Assembly (NCBI GenBank): GCA_964035545.1
Contig: OZ037765.1
Coordinates: 19,096,995 to 19,160,994 of the forward strand
Reading direction: 5' to 3'
Length of the DNA: 64,000 bases
Source: Bugula neritina
Taxonomy: Eukaryota > Animalia > Bryozoa
The notes beneath the pieces were generated by a model, which saw only the letters and a list, made by a program, of their open reading frames with translations, was not told the origin of the DNA and ran no database searches. Shown here one piece after another: positions 26,401 through 39,098 of the stretch. Made by a program: the position numbers and the translations under genes. Each line of letters begins with the position of its first letter. Position 1 is the stretch's first letter.

Positions 26401-29400
26401 TAAATTATTTGTATTTTTAAATATCATCAAAAATTTCCAACATTGGTCTATATATCAGCATGTGTTTTAGTGGCTTGTTGTTGCTTATGCATAATATAGT
26501 TATTGTCTATTGTATTATGTGTATATGGTCAAGAGCACTGATAAAAGCTGTAGAGCTTAACAATAGTATGTATAGCAATATAGCTATAAAGTATTATAGC
26601 TATAGCCAGCCTACAATGTAGATAATCCTAAGGTGCTGACCACTTAGAACTTGACTAGCTGGTGAGTATAGCACATGCTTTATATATAACTTTTGGTAGC
26701 GACTTTTATGGCATTTTTTAGGAGTATTTAGGATTCTAAATTTTAATGAAACTAGCTACAAGTGCATCATAGAAGAAATCAAAGAATCAGAAACTCTAAA
26801 AGCTATTACAACAGCATAGCTTACTAAATAAAAGTTTTTATGTTCCTTCACAATAAAAAACTATTTATAAATTTAGTATAATGTAAATAATTTTGAATTT
26901 GTTAACTTTAGTGCCTTAATCTATGCTTGATAGTATACTTTTAGCATATAGCTGCATGGAAACTAAGAAAAATTAAAAATTTTAAATATAAACCGCTTGA
27001 TAAAATTGATGCTATTTTTTGCTGACCTACCCTTCAGGATGAAGGCATTCTGAGCAACGGTCACCAAACTCATCTGCGCCTGACTCTTGGAAAATCTCTG
27101 GTGAAAGCACTACTTTTTGGTATTTTCCAGCCAGTAGCATAGAAACTGAGGAGTAGCCAATCAAATCATCAAAGCTGTAATTTAAGGCAAACACTGCCTG
27201 CAAAAAAAACATTAAACAATAAATAATGGTATTTTTTGGTAGCTATAGGTCAGTATTTGGATATTTAATATCAGAATGAATTAGAAAAAATACTGTGTTA
27301 CCTTTCAAACAAAAGCTGTAAAATGATTAAATTCAATTTTCAAAAATATGGTTGAAATTACCAAAACACTTTATAAATAACTCTTTTGAAAATTACGAAG
27401 ATTAAAAATTTAAACAGGCAACATAACTCTTTAAGTTCTGTGTAGCTATCATTTACAAGTATTTCAAACAATGGCATTGATAAACTCACCCCTAGGTCAG
27501 AGCTCACTAAGCATAACGCATTAGCCATGCCCTTGTGCTGATGTACTATGCACTTTGGTTTACCAGTACTACCCTGTAACAATAAAGCACAATTCAATTT
27601 GATTATGAGTATCTAGAAAATCAACTTTTAAATATTTTTTTTTAGAATTAAAATGTGATGGTTTTGTCAAGCTGCAACCTTTAGGGTGGTTTATTTATAA
27701 ATTCCAAGACTATTGCCATGCTATTTTACACTGGAATGTTATTTTACTTAAATCATCATATCCTTTTAAAATTTTCATAAAGATTTTAAAAAAATATAAG
27801 ATGCTATTGATAACATTTACAGCTACAAGATATTATAAACATGCTGCTCTGATTTAAAGTGTGACTGTTGATTGTGCTTATATAAAAGCAGAACAACTGA
27901 TGTGTAAGATTTGTCATAATGACTTATCCAACTTACCCAAACCATACCAATTATAATAAGTATTGCAACTTATGTTTTTAGTTTAGCAAAGAAACAAATT
28001 TATTGTAAAATTTAGAAAACCTGTAAAAATTTGTTTCTCTAAAACTATGTATGACCAACCAACTTTATTTATGAGTTTATGTGATAAATTTCAGCATAAG
28101 TTTGATAACGTTAGTTAAAAACACAGGTTCTCCCCCCTCCCCCCCCCTGAAAAGTTTAAACACCCAACCCACAGAACTTGAATTTAAACAGTTACTCAGC
28201 AAACTTTGATAAAGTAATTCATTAATTTGAATTTAAAATTACCTCCCTTTGTAAGGAATTGTGAAGCATATTATTTACTATTGTATGATTGTAAATTTAA
28301 TGGCCAAAACTCTACACACTTTTTTAAGCTGGTATAGAATTTTTAAATACAAACAAACCGATGAAAAAATATGATACAAGACATGTTCAGGTTTGACACT
28401 CTTTCTAGCTTCTTGTAGTTGTTGATCAGATATTGACTCCCCATATTGTCTGAGTTTATCCAAGTTGTTTATAAACTTCTGAGTTGGAGATCTGTCTTTA
28501 TATGAGTTATCATAAAATATGTGTTTTACATCAGGTAACCTGCAAATGAATATTAAATCCTAAAATATATTGTTTAATTAATATCATATACATAACAGAA
28601 AACAAAAAAAGTTTGGTTCATTCTATCTCTATTAAATATTATACAAATTATATTGTTTAAACAAATTAACGTAATATTGTTTCTATAGTTCAAACACCAT
28701 GATTTTAAAGCACTTTGCTTACACAAGTAGGTTGAGATTGCTAAAATAGACTAAATGCAAATATAAAGGACCCTGCAATTATTATAACACGTGTAGCGCT
28801 ATATTGAATAAGAAAGTTCAAATATGTATATGTAGTTAGGAAAGCTTTATAAATTAAATTAGCTAGCATCTATATTTATTAAAACCAACCCTGAATGATA
28901 AATTACTTCATATTATTATGATAAATGAGTTCAAGTACTAGGCCATTAGTATATATTTTAATTTTTGTCTATAAAAAAATCTGCAGGTATATTAATAGTA
29001 TAGTAATAATATATTATTAGTATATTAGTCAACAGAGTTTTTATTATGGTTATTACCATAAAAAAGCTTTTAATAGACTATTCAGCATTTAAGGTGTAAT
29101 AGTATTACACTTAAAGCTCACTGAAATATCTTTATTTATAAAGCATATTAATAAGATGATACGCTATCTCATATACAACTATGCTAGTTTAATCAAGTAT
29201 ATATAACTGTGTAAATTCAGCACTGCAATAAATTAATTTTTAGTAAAAATTTAAAATAGTTGCATTTATATAACATTCACGATTTTCAATCAGAAACTCA
29301 TTTACGCAGAGTTGGATTGCATTGTAAAGCTATAAAGGGGTACGCCAATGAGCGAGTAATATTGACTGAAACTCAAAAAAAGTTTCAGTAAAGATAAAAA

Positions 29401-32400
29401 CCAAATTTAAAAATCACTTTAATTTGTTATGTTCAAGGTCAGGTACGTAGATATAAAAATTGAGTGCTACATACTCAGGTGAAGCAGGGAAATCTTGGCT
29501 AGTGTTAAATATGCCTGCCAACGCATTGAATATAGAACCAGAAGTTCCTTCACCAACAACTATAACTTTCGAATTCAGTACTGGAAGAACTTTGGTCATT
29601 GCAGAATTAGCTGGATGGTACAGATAAGGATGCTAAAATAAAATCACAGAAAGAAATATTAATTTTCTATTTATAAGTTATAGTTTTGTGGGTTATTGTT
29701 AGAATTCAACTAGTAAACATAAGCTCTTTGTATTTCAAGAGAGAGAAGACATTTTCCAGGTGTAGTAACTTTATTAGTCCACTTCAAAAGTACAGCAATA
29801 TTGATAGTAGTTGTGGTGTCTTTGAGATCCAGCAGTATGTAAAATAATTTTGCCCCCACTGAGAATCGAACTAGAGACCTCTGGCTTGCAAGCAAGTGCG
29901 CTAACCATTACATCACAGGGACCACTGGGTAAACTCATCACTACGCATTAGACTGACTTTATTTTGAAAAGCTTGCAGTTATGAGGTGTCTGAATTAAGA
30001 CGCTCTAATTGGATAGATCCGAAAGGCCCTAAATTTGGAATGCCTTAATAGAGGGGTTTCAAACATCCCTCTAGAGGAATTTGTATTTTAAAGTTGTCTC
30101 CCCCTAAAGGTATTGGGGGCAGTCTCCATAATATATAGAAGGCCCATAAAATAAGTAGAAATGTAAGGTTTGAGTGAAGACTACTGCTAGTATAAGTTTA
30201 ATTTTTTCTGAGAATAATATTTTGGCATAAGTACACACATGAGCAGTTTCAAAAAATTTTTAAAAAATTTGTTAATGATAAATGGCACAAAAACAAAACT
30301 TCAAAGCATATTTGTGGTTTTGGTTATTGAGCAAATCTGAAGCTGGCAGCTGTCATTATTATTTGCTTTGCTGACTGTAACCAGTCTGTTTAGAGCTGCT
30401 AACCTTTCAACTCTTAGAACAATAATAACATGCTCGTACACTATATAGCTGCACTAGTGGGCTCTGTCTTACTGAACTCCAAATGCTCCAAATTATGGGT
30501 TGGAACACATGCCTGTACGTTTATGAAGGCACTGGCTCATTTGTATTAACATGTTCACGTACTTACACACCTATACTATGAAAATAACTAAGCCACCCTA
30601 CTATCTAATATTTCTATATATCAAAAAAATTATTATAAATATAAAGATATGTATTAAAATAGATAGATTAAATTTGTAATTTCAAACAACATCTTATTTA
30701 AAAATGCTAAACACTGTATAACTATATATATGTTTTAAAAGCACTTGTTTACATGGCATGCCCGCAAGTCAATGAAAATATTTAGAGAACAGTAAAAAGA
30801 AGCATATAAATTTCAGAATTGTTTCTTTTTTTCTGAGATAAATATTTTGGAAATGTCCCACAATTCAACATTTAAATTAAGTCTGTAAAAAAATTTCACA
30901 GTGTATTCTCAATGAATAATTATTCTTGCAAGCTGGTTTGCGTTTGTTCTGGCATGCCATTTTACAGTGGTCTAGTTAACTAGGTCAAAGTTCATTGAGG
31001 TGGAATTGTTTTATTAACCTCGTGTGTTGATAAAATACTATCATTAGATTTAGAACTTCTCTAATCAACTTCACAGTCTGATTAAATATCTGCGATACCT
31101 GCCTAGTAGACGATCCAAACTTAAAAAAATAATATACTAAATCCTTGTATTACATGTATGGATGAAAAATAATGCAACAAATTGGCTAAAGCATGTTCAA
31201 GTAATGTGAAAAACTCAAAATATAAATGAGTCAAACTAGAGCTAGTCAAGTGTGTGGTGTTTTTGGCCGATTTATATGTGCTGTTTAATCAGCTTATTAT
31301 GTAGTGATGTAATCCTATATAATGGAATTTAAGTTAGACAGCTAAAGTTGGACAGTTCTCATCGCGCACTTTCTTGAACAAGCAGTTATGTAATATAGAA
31401 AGACAGCTACTCAACAGAGAGCTTCAAGCAAACGAAATTCTTGCACCGAGGTTGATTGAATACAAAACAGCTGCTGTTATTCTTATAGCAGCATGCATTG
31501 TATAAGAGATAGCCTGATGGTTCACATAGTTTACATCAATGAACTCAATAATTATTAAGCTATTCCAGCTCAGTGGTTTACATACAGTGACATACCACTG
31601 AAAATTATTAGAAACCACAAATATTAATCTCAGAAAAAATGAAACTTATACTAGTAGTAGTCTTCACTCAAACCTTACATTTCTACTTATTTTATGGGCC
31701 TTCTATATATTATGGAGACTGCCCCCAATACCTTTAGGGGGAGACAACTTTAAAATACAAATTCCTCTAGAGGGATGTTTGAAACCCCTCTATTAGGCAG
31801 AATTCCGAATTACATGAAAATATAGAGACACTAGCAAGGAAAACTATGCCAAGAGATTACCTATAATAACGATTAAGGCATTCATGCAAAAACAAAGCTA
31901 AAGCAAGCATACTAATAAGAAAATAGCTAAGGCATTCGCCTTAATTGGAATATATTATACTTCAAAATCTACTACTATGCCATGCAAATCATGATTTTAA
32001 ATAATTATTCCTATAAATATAAAATCTGTCAAATAAAACAGAGTGCAAATTTCGAAATTTTTCATATAAGGCTACCATAATAATGCTTTTAAATAATCAG
32101 TTAAGCAAACAGTTTAATCATCATCTACAAAAATAATTTTGTCAAATTATGTTCAATCTATTTTACTAATGGAATAATAACTTAGCTTATCTAGTAGCAA
32201 AGTTTCATTTTCTAATCATAATTAAGTCACTTATGATTTGAGTTTTACATATCACTTTCAGTTGTAGCTCCTATCAAAAAGATTTAGTTTCAACGGCTAG
32301 TCTAAACCTTAATGCCTTAGTGCATATTGATATTGAATGAGATTAAATATATTGTTTGTCAAAACCCACCACTAATAAACTGTATTAATTATAGTTGCAT

Positions 32401-33582
32401 GTTTCTGGTTTATTCATGATCTTTTTGAACAGGGGAGGGGGGTTGAATTATTTTAACCAAGAGCATGGCATACACTGCAACTTACATTTAATTATTTGCA
32501 ATACAATATAACCTAACTTAAAAGAACTAAAAAGCAATTAATAGTTGTTAACGAAAAACAGTCATCATCTGCTAGTAGGATCTAAATAAATTTAGTAAAC
32601 GGTATTAAGGTCAACTTACAGCATATCCAATACCAACAGATACAGCAGCTGTAAACAGACATGCAGCTTCTAGAGTTGGAACTCCAACTACTGTGAGAGT
32701 ATCTTCTCCAGGAGTAAGTCCTAAGGCTAACAAACCTTTTGCATATTCATCAGCCTAAAATATATCTAATTGTATGGTTGAAGAGTTTTATTGACTGGCA
32801 TATAGCACAATTTGCATCTAGTTCGTAATTTTATCTTTTATGAAACAAGCTACACTCTAAGATTTAAGGGCAGACATTTGTAATTTTTCTAAACATTTGC
32901 ATGCACAGGTAAGCCTAAAATAGATGCTTGGAGTAACCAAGTAAGCTTTGTTAACCTAAAATACAAATAACTATGAAACAAAAATATATGTTCTACAAAC
33001 TAGAAATTATAGAGAAATGGCAATTTTGCTGGAGAAATCTAAGCCTATATAGTATTAAACAATTATAAAGACGTTGAAAGCAAGAAATTTTTACTAAATG
33101 TTAATCTTTATATAGAAATTATAATGTGTGCCTATAAGTAATTACTTATAGGTAATAGTAGGTACACATTATAACTTTTATAAAGGTAATTACTTTCATT
33201 TACGATTATAACACAATTTTTTAAAAGATGATTCAATATGTCAATAACATAACACAGAAAGCAAAATAAGCTACTGTAGATAATTTATACCAGCAGAATT
33301 GAATGTCAAAATACAATCAAAACCACTCAAGCTTCAAGTACTAGTTGTACTAGAACAAGTTCAATGCCCCCACATCAGTAACACCATGTATCAGTAGATT
33401 TAATATACCTTATGATGGATTTGACTAGCTGTCATTCTCTCCATAGTCTCTAAGTTAACCAACTCTCCATTATTTCCTTCTTTTCTGGCTTTCTCAAACA
33501 GTTGGTAAAGTACCAGATCCTCTTGTACTGGATGTTCAGGATCATGTGTGTTGACATAACTCTTAGTCAGGGGTTCAGACAT
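20413..33582 (-). CDS. ANL-superfamily AMP-binding enzyme, paralogue 2 (complete, 14 coding exons, 589 aa)
   Basis: Exons: 33582-33409, 32754-32620, 29632-29475, 28539-28359, 27573-27490, 27197-27031, 26248-26083, 25933-25820, 25395-25247, 24597-24450 (GC donor), 23715-23660, 22521-22458, 21115-21044, 20514-20413. They sum to 1770 nt with no internal stop. Motifs: IFSS|GSTGKPKC, EYGLSE, FFKTG|DMG, KGRVADAMRFKVFGDVVYPGPIEE, FPMTGNGRK|TSKK. Confidence 0.93.
21273..21345 (+). repeat. Degenerate copy of the hammerhead-containing repeat found at 48011-48088
   Basis: tattgcaaaggtgtcggccatgttactctcttctgggaccacgggacaaaccctaaaacagctag aligns with tattgcgaaggtgtgggccatggcactctgttctgtgctgatgaggggacaaatcctgaaacagctg. 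The catalytic core is mutated. It lies next to a (TG)-rich tract in intron 12 of paralogue 2. Confidence 0.7.
23130..23517. mobile_element. Solo LTR (388 bp, 4-bp TSD, Gypsy-like) in intron 11 of paralogue 2
   Basis: TG...CA termini with imperfect inverted ends (TGTAGAGAATTT / AAATTCACAACA). GTAT target duplication at 23126-23129 and 23518-23521. Contains CCAAT and AATAAA. Absent from the homologous intron site of paralogue 3 (~53035-53045). Confidence 0.78.
29851..29922 (-). repeat. tRNA-derived repeat / tRNA pseudogene (parent tRNA uncertain)
   Basis: GTCCCTGTGATGTAATGGTTAGCGCACTTGCTTGCAAGCCAGAGGTCTCTAGTTCGATTCTCAGTGGGGGCA carries A- and B-box-like motifs and a downstream T-run. The anticodon arm is non-canonical. 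A second copy is at 61354-61425. Confidence 0.75.
30047..31794. mobile_element. Non-autonomous DNA transposon with ~175-bp TIRs in intron 2 of paralogue 2
   Basis: 30047-30220 (aatagaggggtttcaaacatccctctagagg...) is the near-perfect reverse complement of 31621-31794. No coding capacity inside. The TSD could be TA or AT, so the superfamily is unassigned. Confidence 0.88.
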
Positions 33583-34461
33583 TTTTTCAACCAGAAGTTA
33601 ATTATCCTAATGATCAAAAAGTAACAACTTTTGAAATACAAAAATATCTAACACAAGTTGATAAACTTAATCTTTGTTATTGATAACAGTTTTCTAATCA
33701 AAGCCAAAATCAAAATTTAAAAGTAAAATTATTGTAGGCCTATAAGCTCAAATTATCAGTCAGCATAATCACAGTAATAAATTGGCTTCAAAAAAAGAAA
33801 CTGCATGCCAGAACCAAGCACTGTGTACCCAATGAATTCGTACTGTAACTGAATAATCAACTTGCTTACTATAACACATGGTGGTCATTTCATTGTGATG
33901 TCTGTTGACAAAGGTTAACTTGAGGTTTTTTATTGACTAGTTAACTGTTTACTTAACATGATTTGTTGTAACCTCTGAACTTATTGAGTTCATTGGTTGT
34001 AACGCCCACTAAACGATATGCCACACATTGATAACAGAAACCACAGTATGAATTTCAAGCTATTGCAATATTTATTTTTAATCTACAAAGCATTGGCTTG
34101 AATGAATCTGAAGCTTGCAGGTGACAAACAGCTTATTGTGCTATCCCTTCTAGCTGTGACAGTATGAAGCTGCTCTGGGCATAATATAAAAATAGCCAAG
34201 TTATTCCTGAATATTGACCAGTAGGCCTATAAAGGGAGGGGTGAAATTATAGGCCTGATTGTTTGGTAGTCAATTGAATTTAACAACTCTTAAGTAGGCA
34301 TATTGCAATATAAAAGAATTCAGAATGTGTAACTTATATGATTTAGCTTTTATATAGCTAATGACTCTAGCAATGAGTTATAAAATTGGAATAACAAATA
34401 TTGTGAAGCTGTACCCGAACGTAAGCAGCGCTGTTTTTTAAATTATAAGTAATCATGTAAT

Positions 34462-34757
34462 TGTTGAGCTAGAGGCTGATGCCATCTTTGTAATGTTAAT
34501 TATTGTGATTAAATAAGTAGAGTTGTAATTCACAGAACCATTATATTTTATGTATATTGAGGAAGAGGAAAAAGAAAAGAATTGTGGGTAATATAATAAT
34601 AAAAAGACTGATTACAACATATTGTGAGTTATCCACACTTGCTATTTAGATATAAGAGAAAAGATAATTACTAACATGAGTGTTTTAATAGCATTGGTAA
34701 TATTATGTGAATATTATATGCATTGTCATTAGAGCGGAAGATTGCATTCTATCAACA
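34462..34757 (-). repeat. Copia 3' LTR
   Basis: Direct repeat of 38803-39098, adjacent to the PPT. Confidence 0.97.
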
Positions 34758-37700
34758 CGCCCCCTCAATCTGTAGCTGGGTAACAGCATTTTGATGCAAG
34801 ATTGCTCCTAATGGTTTGGTTAGGATGTCAGCTTTATTTTCATCAGTGCGGATGTAGTCATACACAATAGCTGATTGCTGTCTAATGAAGTGGTAGCGAA
34901 TGTCAATGTGTTTAGTGCGACTATGTTGTCCTGGTCTGTCATCAGTAAGTGAAATGGCTCCTTGGTTATCACAGTGCAGTGTGGTGACATCTGGTTGAAA
35001 CATATTTATAGAGTTGCAGAATGTGCGAAGGTATAGCAACTCTTTGGTAGCATCTGCTAAAGCCATGTACTCTGCCTCACAAGATGACAGAGCAACTGTT
35101 GGTTGCTTCTTGGTTTTCCAGCAAATTGGTGCTCCTCCTAAAGTGACTACGTAGCCAGTTGTAGAGCGTCGGTCTTCCACGTCACCTGCCCAGTCAGAGT
35201 CTGCATATCCTACTGGTTTCCCATCTGTTGGGGTGTAGGTAATCGTGTATTGCTTTGTCCCTTGAATGTAGCGTAGCAGCCTTTTCACAGCAGCTACATG
35301 TGTTGGGCTTGGTCTATCAAGGTATTGTGATAGCTTGGAAACTATCCAGCTAATGTCGGGTCGTGTTCCGGTCATCAAGTATATCAGGCTTCCAATAGCT
35401 TGGCGATATGGGAACTGTTGTTTGATAAATTCGTTGTGTTCTTCATCTGTTGCTTTTTTCAATACAAGTCTTTTTTCTGCGGAAGTAGCAGCTGGCTTGC
35501 ATTTGTTCATTTTAAATCTGTTGAGGATTGACTCAGCGTAGCGTTCTTGGCTGATCTGGAAATTTCCATTCTTAAGTCTTTTGAAGTCAATTCCTAGAAA
35601 CCAGTTGATTTCTCCACGATCATCCATTTTGAATTTGTTGTTCAGCATTTCCTTTGTGGTGCCAATCAGTTCTAGGTTGTTGCAGGCTATTATAATGTCG
35701 TCTACCCAGAATAAGATGATTATCTGGTCACAGTTTTCTGCATGGTAAGTGTAGACGCATTGATCACTTTGGTTCGGTGTGAATCCCTGTTCTTTAAGGA
35801 AGTCGGTCAGTGTGCTGTGCCAATTCCTGCCACTTTGCTTTAGTCCATAGAGAGACTTTTTAAGATGACAAGTGAGAGGAGTTCCATTAGAGTCTGTCTG
35901 TTCGTATCCTGGAGGTTGTTGAACATAGATGTCCTTGTCAATTGGTGTGTTTAGATAGGCGCCCTTGACATCCATTTGATGTAGGTGTAATCCCTCGTTG
36001 GCAGCTTGTTGTAACAGTGTACGGATACTAACAAATCGTGTAGTCGGTGAGAAGGTCTCCTCGTAATCAATACCGTGTACTTGTGTAAAACCCTTGGCAA
36101 CATAGCGTGCTTTGTATTGTAGTTCACCGGCAGTTTTTCCTTGCTTCAGGGTGTAAACCCAACGTCCTTGTGTTTCAGTGCGGTTGTCAGGTAGATGTGT
36201 AAGTTCCCAGGTCTCGTTGTTGTTGAGTGTTGTGACTTCGTTGTCCATAGCTGCTTTCCACTTGTCAGAATTTTCAGAGTTGATGGCTTCATCATATGAG
36301 GATGGGATGAGTTGTGTAGCAGCGTAGGCGTAGTCAACTGTAGCCATGGTGTAGTAATCAGCAAAGTGTTTGGGTGGTCCAGCATTGCGTTTTGGTCTGT
36401 CAGCTGGAATTGTTGGAGTTGTCTGCTCACCGTCGGTAGCTTGCTCTGTTTGGATTGGTGTAGTGTGTTCTTTGTCAGTATGTTCAAAGTCAGTAGGTGT
36501 GATGTCAGTAATGTCAGTGTCTTGATGTATGTGTATGTTGCGTGTAGTCAGTATGTTATTGTTTTTGCTACTCAATACATAGTATGCTTGGTTTAATGAG
36601 TTGATGCCCAAGAAGGTGCCGTGCTGACCACGTGCATCGAACTTCTGTTTTTGGCCCTCGATGTAGAATGTACACTTCAAGCCGAATTTGTGTATGTGCT
36701 TCATGTCTGGTTTTCTCCCAGTGAACATCTCGTAAGCAGTGGCTCCAGTGCATCTTTGATAGGCACGATTCCTCAAGTATTGGGCGTAGCGAACAGCGTA
36801 AGACCAGTAGGACTTGTGTAAAAAAGAGTCAGATATCAGACATCGGGCCATCTCTAACAAGCTTCGCCATGTCCGTTCAGCTTTTCCGTTCTGATAGGGA
36901 GTGTAGAGAGCAGTAGTGGAGTGTTTTATGCCATTGTTCTGTAGAACAGTTTGAAATGTAGCGCTGACATATTCTCCACCATTATCACTGTGTATTTCTC
37001 TTATTTTTCCAATAGGGGCTACGTCAGCAATGAGCCTTTTTAGGGCAGTCGTCGCTTTGTCTTTTGTGCGTAGGGTGTAGACAAATAGCATGCTAGTGTA
37101 TTCATCTACAAAGTTTATCACATATCTGTGTCCTTCACGTGATGTAGGTTCTATCGGTCCGCATATATCTGTATGCACACGCTCCAGAGGTTTTGTAGCA
37201 TGTTTTGGAGTAATGTCCTCTGACTTTGGTTGTCGCGTAATTTTGTTTTCTGTACAAACTTGGCAATTTATGGTTTGTTTGGTGTTTGTAACTTTCATTC
37301 CATGTGTCACTTTCTCCAAGGATAGAATGTCGTCATAGTTCATGTGTCCTAAGGTTAGGTGCCATTCATGAAGGGTTTTGACTGTGAAAGTTGTGTTAGT
37401 TGAGTATGTATTCTCAGTTTTTGCAGTTTTTGTCAAGTTAGCTGTCTGAGGCTCAGTAGTAATTGGGTGGTCAAGTGTGAGGTCAGTCATAGCTGTTGCA
37501 CTCTGCTGTATAGCATCTGTAAGCAAAAAAAACAAATTCCCTTCTCTGATGAAATTGAAAGTTGTGTTGTGTGAGGTCAGGTTAGCAGTATTTTTAGTAA
37601 ATGTTACTGTACCTCCTGCGTCTGTTGCAGTTCTTACTGAGAATAAGCTTGCTGGGAATTCTGGTGCTAGCAGAGCATTCATGAGTTTGACTGTATGGGG

Positions 37701-38826
37701 CGTGCTTTTGTTATCCAGTATGGTGTATTCAGCTGCTCCTCTTGCTATAGCCAGTGTGTTGCTGCTGTGACCATCAGCGAGTTGTATATAATGTTTGTTT
37801 GGGCCAAAGTCTGGGTCATAGCTTGTAAAATGTCTTTTGTCATTGACAATGGGGCAAGTGGCTCCACAGTCAACTAGTAGTTTGTCTCTTGTCAAGTTTT
37901 GTCTGGGTGATTTGTGTGTAGTTGTGTCAGCGTGTGTTGGAGTAGCAGTAAATAAAAAGTTTGTCATTTGATGTTGGTGTGTTGATGTTTGCAGTGCACT
38001 CTGTGTTTTCTTCTTCTGAAAACATACGCTTTCAACATGTCCATTTTTGTGAAAGAAGTTGCAGGTGAGTTTAGACTTCGATCTGCATTCTTTGGTGCTG
38101 TGGTTGGCGCGTCCACATGAGAGGCATTGTTTGTTGCCTGGCTGAGAGTTACGTCGTGTCTGTGAGTGTATTTGTGGCTTGTATTTATAGTCTTCTTTAG
38201 CTGCTAGTGCTGTAGAATGTGCGGTAGCTCTGATAGATTCAGTGTTAGCATGGTTGTGTAGAGCGGCTTTAAATTTTTTTAATGTCTTTTTTGATTCAAT
38301 TTGTGTGTGAACTACCACAAATGAATTATAAGACGCAGGCAGTCCTTTTAATAGCATAGCGATCACTAAATTATCAGATATGGTCTCACCTGCTAGCCTG
38401 AGTCCTGTAGCAGCATTTTCAGCGCGTATTAGGTAGTCAGTCACGTCTTCAGTGTCAGTCATAGTAATGGTAGTTAGAATTTCATAGAGTGTCATGATGC
38501 GAGGTTTTTCTGTGCTGGCATAATGGTCCCTCAGAATTTTCAGAGCATCACGTCCATTGTTCTCACCATCATTTATGATGAGTTGAAGTGATTTTTTCAT
38601 CCAATACTTGTACCAACTCAGCATATGCTCTTCTGTTTTTCTTATTGAAATCTGTGTCCTCAGTTTCATCATTTGATAGGGGAAGAATGGCCTTGTGTAC
38701 TCCACTGTCCAGTGTGTATAAGTAATTTATGAATCTTGTTTCCCAGATTTTATAAGCTGTAGAGTCTCCATTAAATTGTAGTTTGCTCCTGGGCCCATAA
38801 CCTGTTGAGCTAGAGGCTGATGCCAT
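34752..38826 (-). CDS. gag-pol: Copia gag-pol polyprotein with one +1 frameshift in gag (~38592-38597)
   Basis: Starts MASASSSTGYGPR (ATG 38826) and joins the 1317-aa ORF at VLDEK/SLQLII. Motifs: zinc knuckle CLSCGRANHSTKEC, protease DCGAT, HHCC WHLTLGH...CQVC, integrase HTD/SDNGGEY/E, RT FWVDD, RNase H YADSDW/EAEY/CDN/ADILTK. Confidence 0.93.
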
Positions 38827-39098
38827 CTTTGTAATGTTAATTATTGTGATTAAATAAGTAGAGTTGTAATTCACAGAACCATTATATTTTATGTATATTG
38901 AGGAAGAGGAAAAAGAAAAGAATTGTGGGTAATATAATAATAAAAAGACTGATTACAACATATTGTGAGTTATCCACACTTGCTATTTAGACATACGAGA
39001 AAAGATAATTACTAACATGAGTGTTTTAATAGCATTGGTAATATTATGTGAATATTATATGCATTGTCATTAGAGCGGAAGATTGCATTCTATCAACA
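38803..39098 (-). repeat. Copia 5' LTR
   Basis: Direct repeat of 34462-34757, adjacent to the PBS. Confidence 0.97.

Larger units (their letters stand above)
34462..39098 (-). mobile_element. Full-length Ty1/Copia LTR retrotransposon (4637 bp)
   Basis: 296-bp LTRs at 34462-34757 and 38803-39098 (TG...CA; 2 mismatches seen). 5-bp TSD GTAAT at 34457-34461 and 39099-39103. PBS GGTTATGGGCCCAG and PPT ATTGAGGGGGCG. Domain order gag-PR-IN-RT-RH. Confidence 0.98.

Noticed and set aside
29851-29922. Functional tRNA gene (Ala/Cys/Gln-like)
   Set aside because: The 6-nt anticodon loop, mismatched stems and a diverged dispersed second copy indicate a tRNA-derived repeat.
35335-37877. Plus-strand and alternate-frame ORFs within the Copia element
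   Set aside because: Shadow ORFs of gag-pol with no motifs of their own.
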